Assembly (NCBI RefSeq): GCF_001447785.1 | Contig: NW_015169173.1 | Span: 959,182 to 1,023,181, forward strand | Source: Gekko japonicus | Lineage: Eukaryota | Length of the DNA stretch: 64,000 bases | Reading direction: 5' to 3' | Part shown: positions 1 to 10,549 of the stretch, piece by piece | Position numbering within the stretch: the stretch's first letter is position 1 | How the letters are laid out: each line of letters begins with the position of its first letter | Notes under the pieces: generated by a model | The model's input: the letters and a program-made list of their open reading frames with translations, nothing else | The model's database searches: none | Told to the model about the DNA's origin: nothing | Position numbers and translations under genes: made by a program

Positions 1-1335
1 GCCACTTGAGGTGGCACTCCTCCAACACCCCTGGAGCGCGGAATGCCTCCCCAGCTTCAGGGGAGAGCGTCCGCCATCGCTGAGCCGCAGACCGGAAGTC
101 GCGGTGCTTCCACACTTCCAATCCACTTTGCAACTGGATTTTACACTGTAAGACGGCAAAATCCATTTGCAAACTATTACTAGAGTGCATTGAAAGTGGA
201 TTATTAAGTGTGTGTGAAAGCGATAAACAGAACTAGGTCTAATCTAGTGGTGAGAGTATTGAGTCTGTGAGATCTTAATTCTGACACAAATTACCTTCTC
301 AGCCTCCACTGTTTGCTCTCACTCTGTAAAACAGGAAGTTTATTGTGGTAGTCAATGAGGTAAGAACCATAGACCACACTGTTAAAAATGCTTGAGCCAG
401 ATAAGAGGTCCAGAAAAGGAGACAACACAGAGTTTTAAATCATTGGCACTTAGCAGAAAATCGATCCCTTCATTCCCATCTGCTGGAACAGAACAGAATT
501 CCTTTTGAAAGGTACAGTGCTGCTACTTTGCAGTCTGGCAAAATACGGAGAGCTCCCCCAATCAGCAGGATCAGCAGGGGAAAACAAGGACACTAACAGT
601 GCAATCCTAAAAACACTTTTCTGAAAGTAAATTCCCTTGAGTAGACCTGCTTAGACTTACACTATCTGGGGCACAGTGCAACGAAGCATCATCTACTCTG
701 ACCTACATTCACTATAAAAGACAGAGCTGGAAAGCAAACCATTGCTTCTGAATGGTCATTCCAGCCCCTTATGATTCTACTGTTAAAACTGATAAAATCA
801 GTTTGCTTTCAGAGTAGTAATGGCAAACAAACAAAAACCCCTAGTTTGGAAAGGAAAGTGCAAGCAGCACTTACTGAATTTGTTCTGATGGACAATTATG
901 CTTTCACAAAAAGCATAGCCAAACTGGATCCATAACTTAAAATTTACAGACAATATTCTCCAAATATTAATAGTCCTTTATGGGTGTTTTAACAACCTTA
1001 AACAAAGCGCTCCCTAGAACATGACGAATACATTCCGTAACCTTGTTTTCTCTGATGTCATGGGGACACCCTGTACCATATGACAGGGCTTGACAAATCC
1101 TAGGTGCTGGGTCACCATAGCATCTAGAAACGCCATCATGGCAGCCAGTATTTTCAGCAATGACTTATTGCCGTGTCCCTCAGCAATTCTCAGTGGAAGT
1201 ACAAGCTTATTTATCATCTTGCATCAGCATGTTTTGTTGTATGATTCCAAAATTAACATGCACAAAGTACTTGTCATTGCTGGCTTATATGTAAATGTAA
1301 GTTTACACCATTCAATAGTGCTTCCTGAATTTTGT

Positions 1336-1683
1336 CAGAACAAGGAACTTCTTGACCTTCTCCATGGCATGGGCCATTAGAGCATAGGCTTCGCAAGGTG
1401 GTCCAAAGACTTCAATGAGGACACGCAGGTCCCTATTTAAGTAAGCATACTTTGGATCACATCCTTTGCGCAGTTCCTCTTCCTTTGCCTTGTCTCTCAT
1501 TGACCCTTTCCCAAGAACAGAGATCTTTGCTCCAGTTTCTTCCTGCAGCTGCTTAATGGTGTTGTCCTGGGGTCCCAGTACCTTCCCAACAAAGTCAAAC
1601 TTTGGATACTGCTTGACCAGTATCAGAACCCGTTCCTTCAGCTTCATGTTCTTGTGGGAAAACAAGTTCAAATAAGTCTCTTC
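1336..1683 (-). pseudogene. KHDRBS1: Processed (intronless) KHDRBS1/Sam68 fragment covering the STAR/KH domain, embedded in an LTR retroelement
   Basis: Translates [116 protein letters not shown], nearly identical to Sam68. It runs across the YPK|F and KAK|EEE exon junctions without introns. The GxxG loop is altered (GPQG>GPQD). Confidence 0.93.
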
Positions 1684-3740
1684 CCTGAACTCTCCTGGGT
1701 CTCCCAAGTGGCCTGTGAAGTGGTCACTACCAACCGTTTCCACTAGGTCACTCTCTGGGGAGTCCCAGGTGAGTTCTGCTTCCCTCTCCTGTGTTTCAAG
1801 AGAGTTGGATAGGAGAGCTCCCTCCCTGGATGTCTACTGGCCCTCCCGCTGGGGCTGATCGTCACCACACCCTTTTTTGGGTTTGGAGTCTAGTAGTTCC
1901 CCCTCCTCTGGGGTTACCAGGCCCTCCCTGTCACTTGCAGCTGCTTGTTCAGGCTGCCCCGGTGGTGTAGCCGACCCATTTCCCTCCTGGGCCCCCTGGG
2001 CCTCTAGAACCTGGGTAATCTGGCTTTCACCCCTGATGACCTGACTGCTAGTCACTGCTTTAACTGTAAATCGGCCTGCCAGAAGATCCCTGACTAGCAA
2101 CACTGGGTAAGGTTGGTCTTTTTTCAACCCCGTCTCTGTGAGGCACTCCTTCCCCCTCCATTCCAGGGGCACCCTTACCACTGGTACCATCTGAGATCCT
2201 CCGCAAGCTCCCACAATGTTGAAGACCCTGTTGGGCATAATATCAGCGTCAGATATAAGGTCAGACCTTATAAGTGAGATGGATGAACCCATATCAGCGT
2301 ACCCCAAAACCAGTTGGTCTTTTACCCTCACCGGTTCTACGAAACCAGCCCAGTCTTCCAGGGGCTTCATTGTGACACTGAGGCATTCATGCTGCACTAA
2401 TGCCACCGTGCCTTCTGTCACCTTTTGGACAGCTGGTGCCAGGGGGACAGGCTTGGGGAACTCTGCCTGTGCTTTAGGGCAAGTGGCTTTGAAATGCCCA
2501 GACTCCCCACAGGTATAGCAGGTCCAGCTAGGGGGTCTATCTCCCTCTGGTGTCTCTGAGGATTTCCTAACCCTAGATGGGGTAAGAGGCTCCCTCCTCT
2601 GGGGAGGGGGACTTGGTCTTCCACCCCTTCCATCTCCTACCGGGCTTTTCCACTCCATCCCTTCCCTGATGGCTACCAGCTTGTCTGCCAGGTCAGTGGC
2701 TTCAGTAAGGGTTTTGGACTCCTTATCCTTGATTAGACATTTTAACTCCTTAGGAATCTTGGAGTAAAACTGATCAAGGAGCATCAGTTGAGCCAAACCC
2801 TTCATATCAGTCACCTTGGCCTCAGTTAACCACCTCCCACACGTTTCTCCCAGTTTGGCCCCAAACTCCATGTAGGATTTACACTGCTGGGGATTTAAGG
2901 CTCTAAACTGCTTGCAAAAGTGGTTAGGCCCCAACTGGAATCGTTTGAACACCGCTGCCTTGAAGTCTTTGAAGGTGATCCCTCCTTCCTGGCTAGGCAT
3001 GCTGTGGCATACTGCTGCCAATTCCCCAGTCAGGATGCTGCAGAGATAGGCCATCAGGTCTGCTTCTGCCAGACCCCACTGGGTAGCAGCCTTCAGAGTT
3101 GGCTAGGCACACTGAAGGGTCTTCCCCCTCCTTGTAGGGAACAAATTCCTTCAGAGTGACCTTGGATCTTTTTACTCTGGTTCACCTGAAGGCATGCCAT
3201 CTCCATCTCGTGTCTGCGTTGTTCCTCCTGTGCCTGAAGATGCCACTTCTCCATCTCCTGCTCCAGTCTGCGTTGTTCCTCCTGGGACTGAACTGAACTT
3301 TTCCATCTCCATCTCAGTTTTCTTCATCTCCTTATCCCGCTCCAGTCTGCGGGCCTCTATCCGCATCCGCTGCAGTTCTAGTTGCAGCTGGAGATTTGTT
3401 TCTGGCTGTAGAGGGTGCACCACTGCAGCTGCTCCTGTACCCTGGTTATGGTCTATCAGGAGGGTTTGCAGATCAGCCACATTCATACCTGAAGACTCTC
3501 TGGAAACTGATTGGCTGTAACCCTCCTGGAGCTGTGGTTTGGTCATTTTCAGGATGTCCCGTATCTTTGCAGGCCTCATCCTATCCAACTAAGCTTCTCC
3601 TACTCCAGTCGACCCGAAAAAGAAAAACAAAGCCCTTTTGGATGGTTGTTCTCAGTGCGCTTGTGCCACCCGTCTGGTCCCAGGAGAGACCAGTGTGGGA
3701 GTGGAAAGCAGACAGCCTACAATCCCCATAATGCTTATAG
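1684..3740 (-). mobile_element. Degenerate Gypsy (Gmr1/SCAN-like) internal region: gag, CCHC zinc knuckle and aspartic protease
   Basis: ORFs 3172-3588 and 1834-3054 carry a capsid/SCAN-like segment (LMLLDQFYSKIPKELK), a knuckle (CYTCGESGHFKATC) and a protease motif (GYADMGSSISLI). There are frameshifts and stops around 3055-3174 and a TAG at 1834-1836. Confidence 0.9.
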
Positions 3741-3771
3741 AGGGTTATAGCCAATCAGTTTCCAGAGAGTC

Positions 3772-4228
3772 TGTGAGGAGAATATGACTTAAGCTGTTAA
3801 CTGTGAAAAGCAATGTTCTTTCGTCTCTCAGCTGCGGTCTGGTCTCACAGAGGGGACAGGCTGGTCTGGTGAGAGAAAAAGATCCCTCACTGGGGACAGA
3901 GTGAGAACAGGTAATGTAGCCTGGCAGGCTGTGGGCCTTGAAGGAGTAACCAGTTAAGCGAACTAGGTAGTCGCATTAGGTTTGTGTTTATTTTGCCTTT
4001 TAAACACTGTTAGATCTTTTAAAGCACCTTGTCTTGTTTTCCTTGCCCCGGTACTGTGCTAATAAACCATTTTGTTTCATTGTTACCTGCCTGGTCATCA
4101 CGCCTATGTTCTCGGCTTAAAAGGGGGGCATTTTTGGATGGGCTTGGGAGGGTACCCTGGGTCTTCTCAGGGGACCCGAAGTCCAGGGTGGTGGCGGCGG
4201 ATGGTGGCGACCCCCTGGGGTCATGACA
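3772..4228 (+). mobile_element. LTR (or 3' part of an LTR), oriented opposite to the adjacent gag-pro
   Basis: Starts TGTGAG, has AATAAA near 4060 on the + strand, and a GGTGGTGGCGGCGG U5-like tract. It ends ...GTCATGACA exactly at the right copy of the flanking duplication. Confidence 0.7.
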
Positions 4229-4679
4229 CTTGTCATTGCTGGCTTATATGTAAATGTCAGTTTACACCATTCAGTAGCGATGGATGAATTCATTGCTTCA
4301 CCAGTTACTTTCTATACTGCCTCCAATATTAATTTAAATAGAGATTTTTAGAGCAACACTGGAATTATGAGAAATTGGGGGAAAGTTCGATTAGAGGTTA
4401 CCTTTTTGTTATGGTGATGACAACCAACCACAGTTACAACTACACATACTTCAATACTTGTCATAGTTTAAAATTACAAGAACCTGTAAAGAGGTTTTGT
4501 GGTACCAATAATTAGAAAATACAGTCATTAAAATACAAAACTCTGAAGTTTGGCTCCTAAATTTCGGGGCCAGTTTCTTGATCTAAAGCAGATTTGTCAA
4601 GTCCTGCCTTATGAATTTGTTCCAAGGAGTTTCTGAAGAACTTTGAAGCTGAACACAACTTCCCTTGGGGAAACCAGGT

Positions 4680-5180
4680 GGCTTCTCGATCGGCCCGTGA
4701 CTCGAGATTTCCGGATTACTCAAACCTCCCAACGATCACAAACCCACGCGGTGCTACTGTTAGACTACTTTCGATAGCTGCCATCCCCACTAGCAGCCAA
4801 AAGGCTGATCTGTGGTGGGAGGAGTGGCTGTCACTCACCCGTTCACCACGAAGAACGGGTCCTCCAGAGACACCGCTGACCGATCGAGTCAGTCTCCCCG
4901 AGTCGCCTTCAGGAAGAGAGCGCCAGTCCGGTCAGCCGGGCACGGAGAGGACTAGCCACACGTATGGGGAAAGCGTCGCATGCTTTCCTCTCCCGCCCCA
5001 CACTGAAGCCTCCCAGGCGGCCACTTTTACTGTGGGCGCCTCTTCCCGAATCTGATCGGACTTTCCCCGCCCGTCTTCCAAAGTGGAACCGGCCTTTCCT
5101 AAAGGGAGGAGCCAGACGAGGGGAGGAAGGAAAGCACCCTGGATTTAGCTGGTTAGAGGGAATCCCCGGAATGTCTGCTG
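4680..5180 (-). promoter_or_regulatory. CpG-island promoter of STX10
   Basis: CpG-rich, with GC boxes (CCCGCCC near 4992 and 5066) and GGAA motifs directly upstream of STX10 exon 1. Confidence 0.65.
4839..4873 (-). pseudogene. STX10: STX10 (syntaxin-10) coding exon 1 with the start codon changed to GTG; the rest of the gene lies left of the window
   Basis: Minus strand reads GTG TCT CTG GAG GAC CCG TTC TTC GTG GTG AAC GG|gtgagt, i.e. (M>V)SLEDPFFVVNG, a 35-nt exon with a canonical donor. There is an in-frame TGA upstream at 4889-4891. It lies head-to-head with IER2 as in mammals. Confidence 0.82.
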
Positions 5181-8100
5181 GTTTGGGTGGGTGTGTTGGG
5201 GGGGGGGAGCTCGTTTCTTTCCACTCCTCCCCCATTCAGCTTCCTGGAAATGGAAAATGCGTCACTCATACAAAAAAAAAAACCCCGGCCCAGAATAGCA
5301 GCACATCCTCCTGGGGGTTCTCATTCATTTTTTTTCTACCTCTCTCCCACTTTTCCAAAAAAGTAGGTTTTCTTTTCTTTTAAAAAACGGATTTTCCCTA
5401 TTATTTCAATGCAAGTTTAGTGGAGGTTTTAGTTTGTCTTGCTACCCGATTCGTACGTGTGCATCTGACTGCAGCTTTAGAGGTACGTGTACGGGAAAAG
5501 TCACAGTGACAGTAGTTATATCAGGGGAATAAACGATGCACTTTATGCTTCCTATATTCTTCGCTTTACTTGGCCTTTCCTGAGTCTTAGCTTGCGGCAC
5601 CCAGATGTGCCAACTGAATGTCTCTAATAATTTAGCTTGTGAGGACGGGGGTGGAAAACACCTGCGTGGAAAGAACTAAGGGAATGCGTTCACTTGATGC
5701 CTTTAGTAGCTGAGTTCATAGCGTCTCTGTACCGCTAGTTTCACAAACAGCGCCTATAAACAAGCGGGGTGAAATGTGTTTGTTGCTCTGCCGGGGGCTA
5801 CGTCGCACGTAAGCAGCCTGTATACAAAGTATTGTGCTACCTCACCTCGCAGTGCGTGTAAACAGATCAACTTGCAAAGCAGCCGACAGTCCTTGGACCA
5901 GCTCCCGGAAGCTCAAGTAAACGCTCGTCACCTTTGCCCATGTATGGAAACAGGAAGCGAAGCCACTATCGACGTCAGCATTTTTAGAACGGCGGGTAAA
6001 TGCAATGCAACTTCGACTCCTCCCCCTGTCGTCATCGCCCAATAATATATGGAGGGAAACGGTCACCAAGGAGACTGGGGTGACCTAATAGAGGGCGGAG
6101 CCTTTTCAAAGGCAGAAGCCGGGGGGGGGGGGGGGGGGAGAGAAGCGGTAGCGGTTGAGGGTATTTCTTTCTTCTTGAGGGTCGGCTCGATGGGCGGCTC
6201 TATTTACCTTTGTACTCTGGGTGTATTGGTGAAAAGGCAGAACTGCCCTTCCATCCCGCGGGTAACAAATCACTACGAGGCTTGTCAAGGCAGACGGCCT
6301 TTATATGCGGTCCTTTGCGGCTATGTTAAGGGCGTGAACGTGCGTGCTTCAAATGTAAACTGGTGTGTGCAAATAAACACACAGCCAGGTGGGTGCGGAC
6401 GACATGATGTAATCCTAGACAGCACTTGAGCGTAAACCCCAACAAGCAGACTAGGATAGGACAATTGCGAGTCGGCATGCATAGGATCAGGCCTTGTCAG
6501 TTTTCAAACTTCTTTTAGGCCTGGCCTGAGTCAGGGTTCTGAGTAGATTTCATTAAAATTGCTGGTATTCACGCATAAAGGTACCCAGGGTTGCAGTTAC
6601 AACCTATTTGGTATCCTTTTGGTGGAAGTTGCATTGCAATTTAATTTAAACTTATAAGATGTACTAATTGTACTACTTTTATGTTTACTAGTACAATAAC
6701 AGGCAGTTTCTCCCCCTGATTTCTGAATACAAAGCAAGGCCTGAGTTAGGAATACTACTTGCAGTTTAACATGAGTTGTGGAATGTTGCATCAAGCAAAA
6801 AACAGAGGAAAGTGCACTTTAGTACAGTAAGCACTTTAGTACTAGGTTGCCAGTTCTTTGTTTCACATCCTTATCCCAGAGGCTAAAAACTTTCTGTTTT
6901 GCTCAGTACTACAAGGGAAATTTATATTTATTTTATTTATTTATTTTTCATATTTATACCCCGCCCTCCCTCATGGGCTCAGGGCGGCTAATGGTAGCTT
7001 CCTAATCTATCCCCTTAACTTTCAAGCAGCAGCAGTCCCGGGCAAATCAACTGCTAGTCCCATCTAACAGACACCCCTTTTCCCTTTTCTACCTTAATGG
7101 CAACATTGCCATGGAAGAGAAGCAGTCTGGGTACCTATGCTGTAGAGGACAGAAATCCTCTCCTCTACATCTTGCCTGTGTAGGAGCTGCTGGGGGGGGG
7201 ATGACATGACCAAAGTCTTTGGAATTTGTGTGGGGCAATGGAAGTAGTAAAGCATATCTGAACAGTAGTGCATCATTCCCAGCACACACTTGCTGTTTAT
7301 TGTGTTGTCCGGAGCCACTGAGAGTGCAAAGTGTCATGCCCTGAACAGAGAAACTTAGTTCTTGCACATGTACAAAAATGGTGTCACATACCAGAAGGAG
7401 TGGAACTGCCCTTTTCTTACACTTTGGGAAACAATTGGTATGCCTGACTTAGAAGTGAGCAGCTGGAAATTAAAACATTGCCTCAGCTCTTTGAAGAGAA
7501 AGAAGAATGCAACAATCATCATCATTTTTAATTCAAATGCCTTTTGCATTTTGATAGCTAGTAAGATTAATCAATTTTAGAAGAACTATGAAGATTGCAA
7601 GCACCAACTTTCAATCACAGAGCATAAATCTGTTTTGGGGTTCAGTCCAATTAGTAAGTAAATTTTAAATTTTATTTTGTAGTATTAAAGCATTTGAAAT
7701 GACATTCAGTGTCATACATATACAGGATGTTTATAATTTGTTTTAATAATTATCTGCATAAATACACCAGATTCGTTTTTGACTGAGAATTACAGCAGTA
7801 TCTTATGCAAAGTTATACCAGTCTAAGCCCAATGGGCTTAGAATGGAGAAACTCTGTTTAGGGCTGCATTGTTAATTGAGTTTCCAAATGTGCGGGGGGT
7901 GGGGATCACCTGATACTTATAGTTGTCAAAACAAGGAACTTCATTCTTGTCCCAGATATCTCCCCCCTCCTCAATAGTAAGCCCAAACAGGGGGATTTCT
8001 ACAAAGCAAAACTAGGAAGCTACTACATTCGTTCCCTAGCTTCGACTGACACAAATCATAGAATCATAAAACTTGGAAGGGGCCATGCAGGCCATCTAGT

Positions 8101-9399
8101 GCAACCCCGTCTCAATGCAGGATCAGCTGAAATAAAGGTGTTTTTGTTGCAGACAGAATTTGAAGTAAATTCCCTTGAAATCAGTGGCATTTAATTCCAA
8201 GTAAAATGTTCAGGACTTCAGTCCTAATGATGCTTGGAGCGTATATCTTGTGAATGTTAAGGCAGAAAAGGAACACTGAAATCAAATGCACATTCTAAGC
8301 AACACAGATTTAATTAAATTAGTAATGTGGGAAGTACAAAACAGGTTTTTGTTTTTATGCACACTAGGTGAATCATACCAAACTCAGACTTACTTCCAAA
8401 TGAACATGGACAGGATTGGGCTGGATCATAGGAACCGTTTAAGTGATAAGGCACTATCACCCATTTTGTTTTGCTGGTTCACATATGCATGTCACAGCAC
8501 ACATGTAATCCCACAGATACAGCTTTCACAAATTGCTGTTGTTTTTTAATGAAGCAAGTACAGTAATCAAGCATGGAACAATCATATGGTGCATACATAT
8601 GTGTGAATTAGGCAGTAATGGTTGGGAAATGAATAGGTCTACACCCTGAGTGAAGCTAAGTTTGGTCAGCATGGAGGTGGTATCTCCCCTAAACTTTGTT
8701 TGCACTTAAAGCCTGTCTCTATTTTAATATTCCTGGATCTACAAGTTTTGTGGCAGGTACAAAGAAACCGTATTGCCCTCAATGATACAGAGTAGGTATT
8801 TTTAGCAATGCTCCAAGTTACACTAAGCACTAGTTGAAATTACCATATTTCACACTGAATGTGCACCTGTGGTTATTGTGTGGCACCTACAGCCCCCCAC
8901 AGCTCATTAAGGTCAGGTAAGGTTATTGCAACATTTAGTGATGATTTTCATGTAAGTATCAGTGGGCCAAGCATAGCTACAACCTGCATGTTGCTGTGAG
9001 GTATTTTTCAAAGAAGTCAGTTCATACATCAATTTCCAAGTCAGCAAGTATATTCTGGAATTTATTCATCAAGGGATGTCCATACACTTGTGAATTGCTT
9101 TCATAAGTTGGCCACATTTATTTCAGCTGGACAGGAATGTAATAAATGTGCTTCCACTGGGGGGCTTTCCACTAGAGAAATCCCGCCCAAACTAATAGCT
9201 TTACTCTAAAATAAACGATACGAGAAATCCGCAGCTTCCTAACAAAGAATTTAAAATTCAAAGAAGAAAGAAATCCGCAGCCACAGGTTCTGCACTGCGC
9301 TCCTTTTAACGTAGCATTCCTAGGATGTGTGCTGTTTGGTGGACAAATCTGCACCGCAGACATAGAGAGCAGAGCTCAGTGGAAGGAGGCCTAGGTTTT

Positions 9400-9796
9400 T
9401 GTGGGGGTTTTCCCCCCTCGTTGGACGTCGTGCCCCTGGGCGGCCGAAGGTTTCGCTTTTTCCTCCTCCCCTCCCCCATCGCCTGACATTTCCGTCTACC
9501 CCGCCCCATCTCGGAGAGGGCGGCCAGAGGCGCGCGGCAAAGGGCCGGATGCGGCTCGCAGAGTGGGCGGAGGAGGCCCAGGCGCTGAGATCACCAGCAG
9601 TATAAAAGGGAGCGCGCTGGGCGCGGCCCCGCTCATTCGGGGCGGACGACGCTTGAAAGGGCTGTTCTAATGAGGATCGGCTGCTAACAACAGCGCGCGC
9701 AAAAAAGGAAGGGGGGGCGCCACTTTCGCCTTCGTGGAGAAAGGACAAAGGTTTCCTGTCCACTTCTGAGTAACCCCGAAGAGTCCGGAGGCCAAC
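9400..9796 (+). promoter_or_regulatory. IER2 proximal promoter and 5'UTR (CpG island, GC boxes, TATA box)
   Basis: TATAAAA at 9601-9607, GGGCGG boxes at about 9500-9570, and a strong Kozak context GCCAACATGG at the IER2 start. Confidence 0.75.
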
Positions 9797-10549
9797 ATGG
9801 AAGTGCAGAAGGAAGCGCAGCGCATCATGACCATGTCGGTGTGGAAAATGTACCACTCGCGTATGCAGCGCGGCGGCCTCCGGCTCCATCGCAGCTTGCA
9901 GCTATCCCTCGTCATGCGTAACGCCCGAGACCTCTATCTCTCCGCCAAGCTGGAGGAAGAGGACGAGATGGCAGCTGGGGTCGGCCCTGGAGAAGATTTT
10001 GCCGGGCGGCAGCCGCAGCTGGACTTACAGGCGCCAAGCCCTCCACATCTGGAGGGGGCCCGAGCACCGGAGAGACTTCCGCAGGCACCGCTGGAGGCGT
10101 CTCTTCTCAGCCCGCAGCCTTTGGAGACGCCGCCGCTCCCTTCGCCTTCGGCCAGCCCCGAGCCGGAGCCCATGGAGACTCAGGAGGAGCCCAGCAGCTC
10201 GCCCGCGCCTCCCCAGTCTCGGACTAGCTGGAGCCGGGGCGCCTCAGGGCCTCCGCCGGGCGCCACCAAGCCGAGCCGCAAGCGCCGCAGCAGCAGCCTG
10301 GGCAAAATAGGCGCCGCCGAAGCCGGTCTGGTGCCCAGCAAGAAGGCGAAGCTGGTGGAAGAGGAAGGCGAGCGGCAGCCGCAGCGCCAAGAAGGGCCTT
10401 TCCCGAGCTTAGCTCGAGTCTTGCAGGACCGCTTCTCGGGCTTGATCCTCCCGCCGCAGGCGGCTAAAGGCAGCGAGGAGCCCAAGGCCAGCTGCAGGCA
10501 AGGGGACGGCGTGCTGAGCATAATGGTGAGAGCTGTGGTGGCCTTCTAG
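9797..10549 (+). CDS. IER2: Immediate early response 2, intact single-exon ORF of 250 aa
   Basis: N-terminus MEVQKEAQRIMTMSVWKMYHSRMQRGGLRLHRSLQLSLVMRNARDLYL, basic NLS-like motifs RKRR and PSKKAK, and C-terminus VRAVVAF, all diagnostic of IER2. Confidence 0.97.
   Translation: MEVQKEAQRIMTMSVWKMYHSRMQRGGLRLHRSLQLSLVMRNARDLYLSAKLEEEDEMAAGVGPGEDFAGRQPQLDLQAPSPPHLEGARAPERLPQAPLEASLLSPQPLETPPLPSPSASPEPEPMETQEEPSSSPAPPQSRTSWSRGASGPPPGATKPSRKRRSSSLGKIGAAEAGLVPSKKAKLVEEEGERQPQRQEGPFPSLARVLQDRFSGLILPPQAAKGSEEPKASCRQGDGVLSIMVRAVVAF

Noticed and set aside
1312-1743. Functional stand-alone KHDRBS1 retrogene
   Set aside because: The ORF starts at a GTG inside retroelement sequence, covers only the KH region, and has a broken GxxG loop plus several other substitutions.
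1834-1836. Programmed stop-codon readthrough between gag-pro and KH
   Set aside because: The TAG lies after the protease rather than at a gag-pol boundary and the upstream gag is already frameshifted, so a nonsense mutation is more likely.
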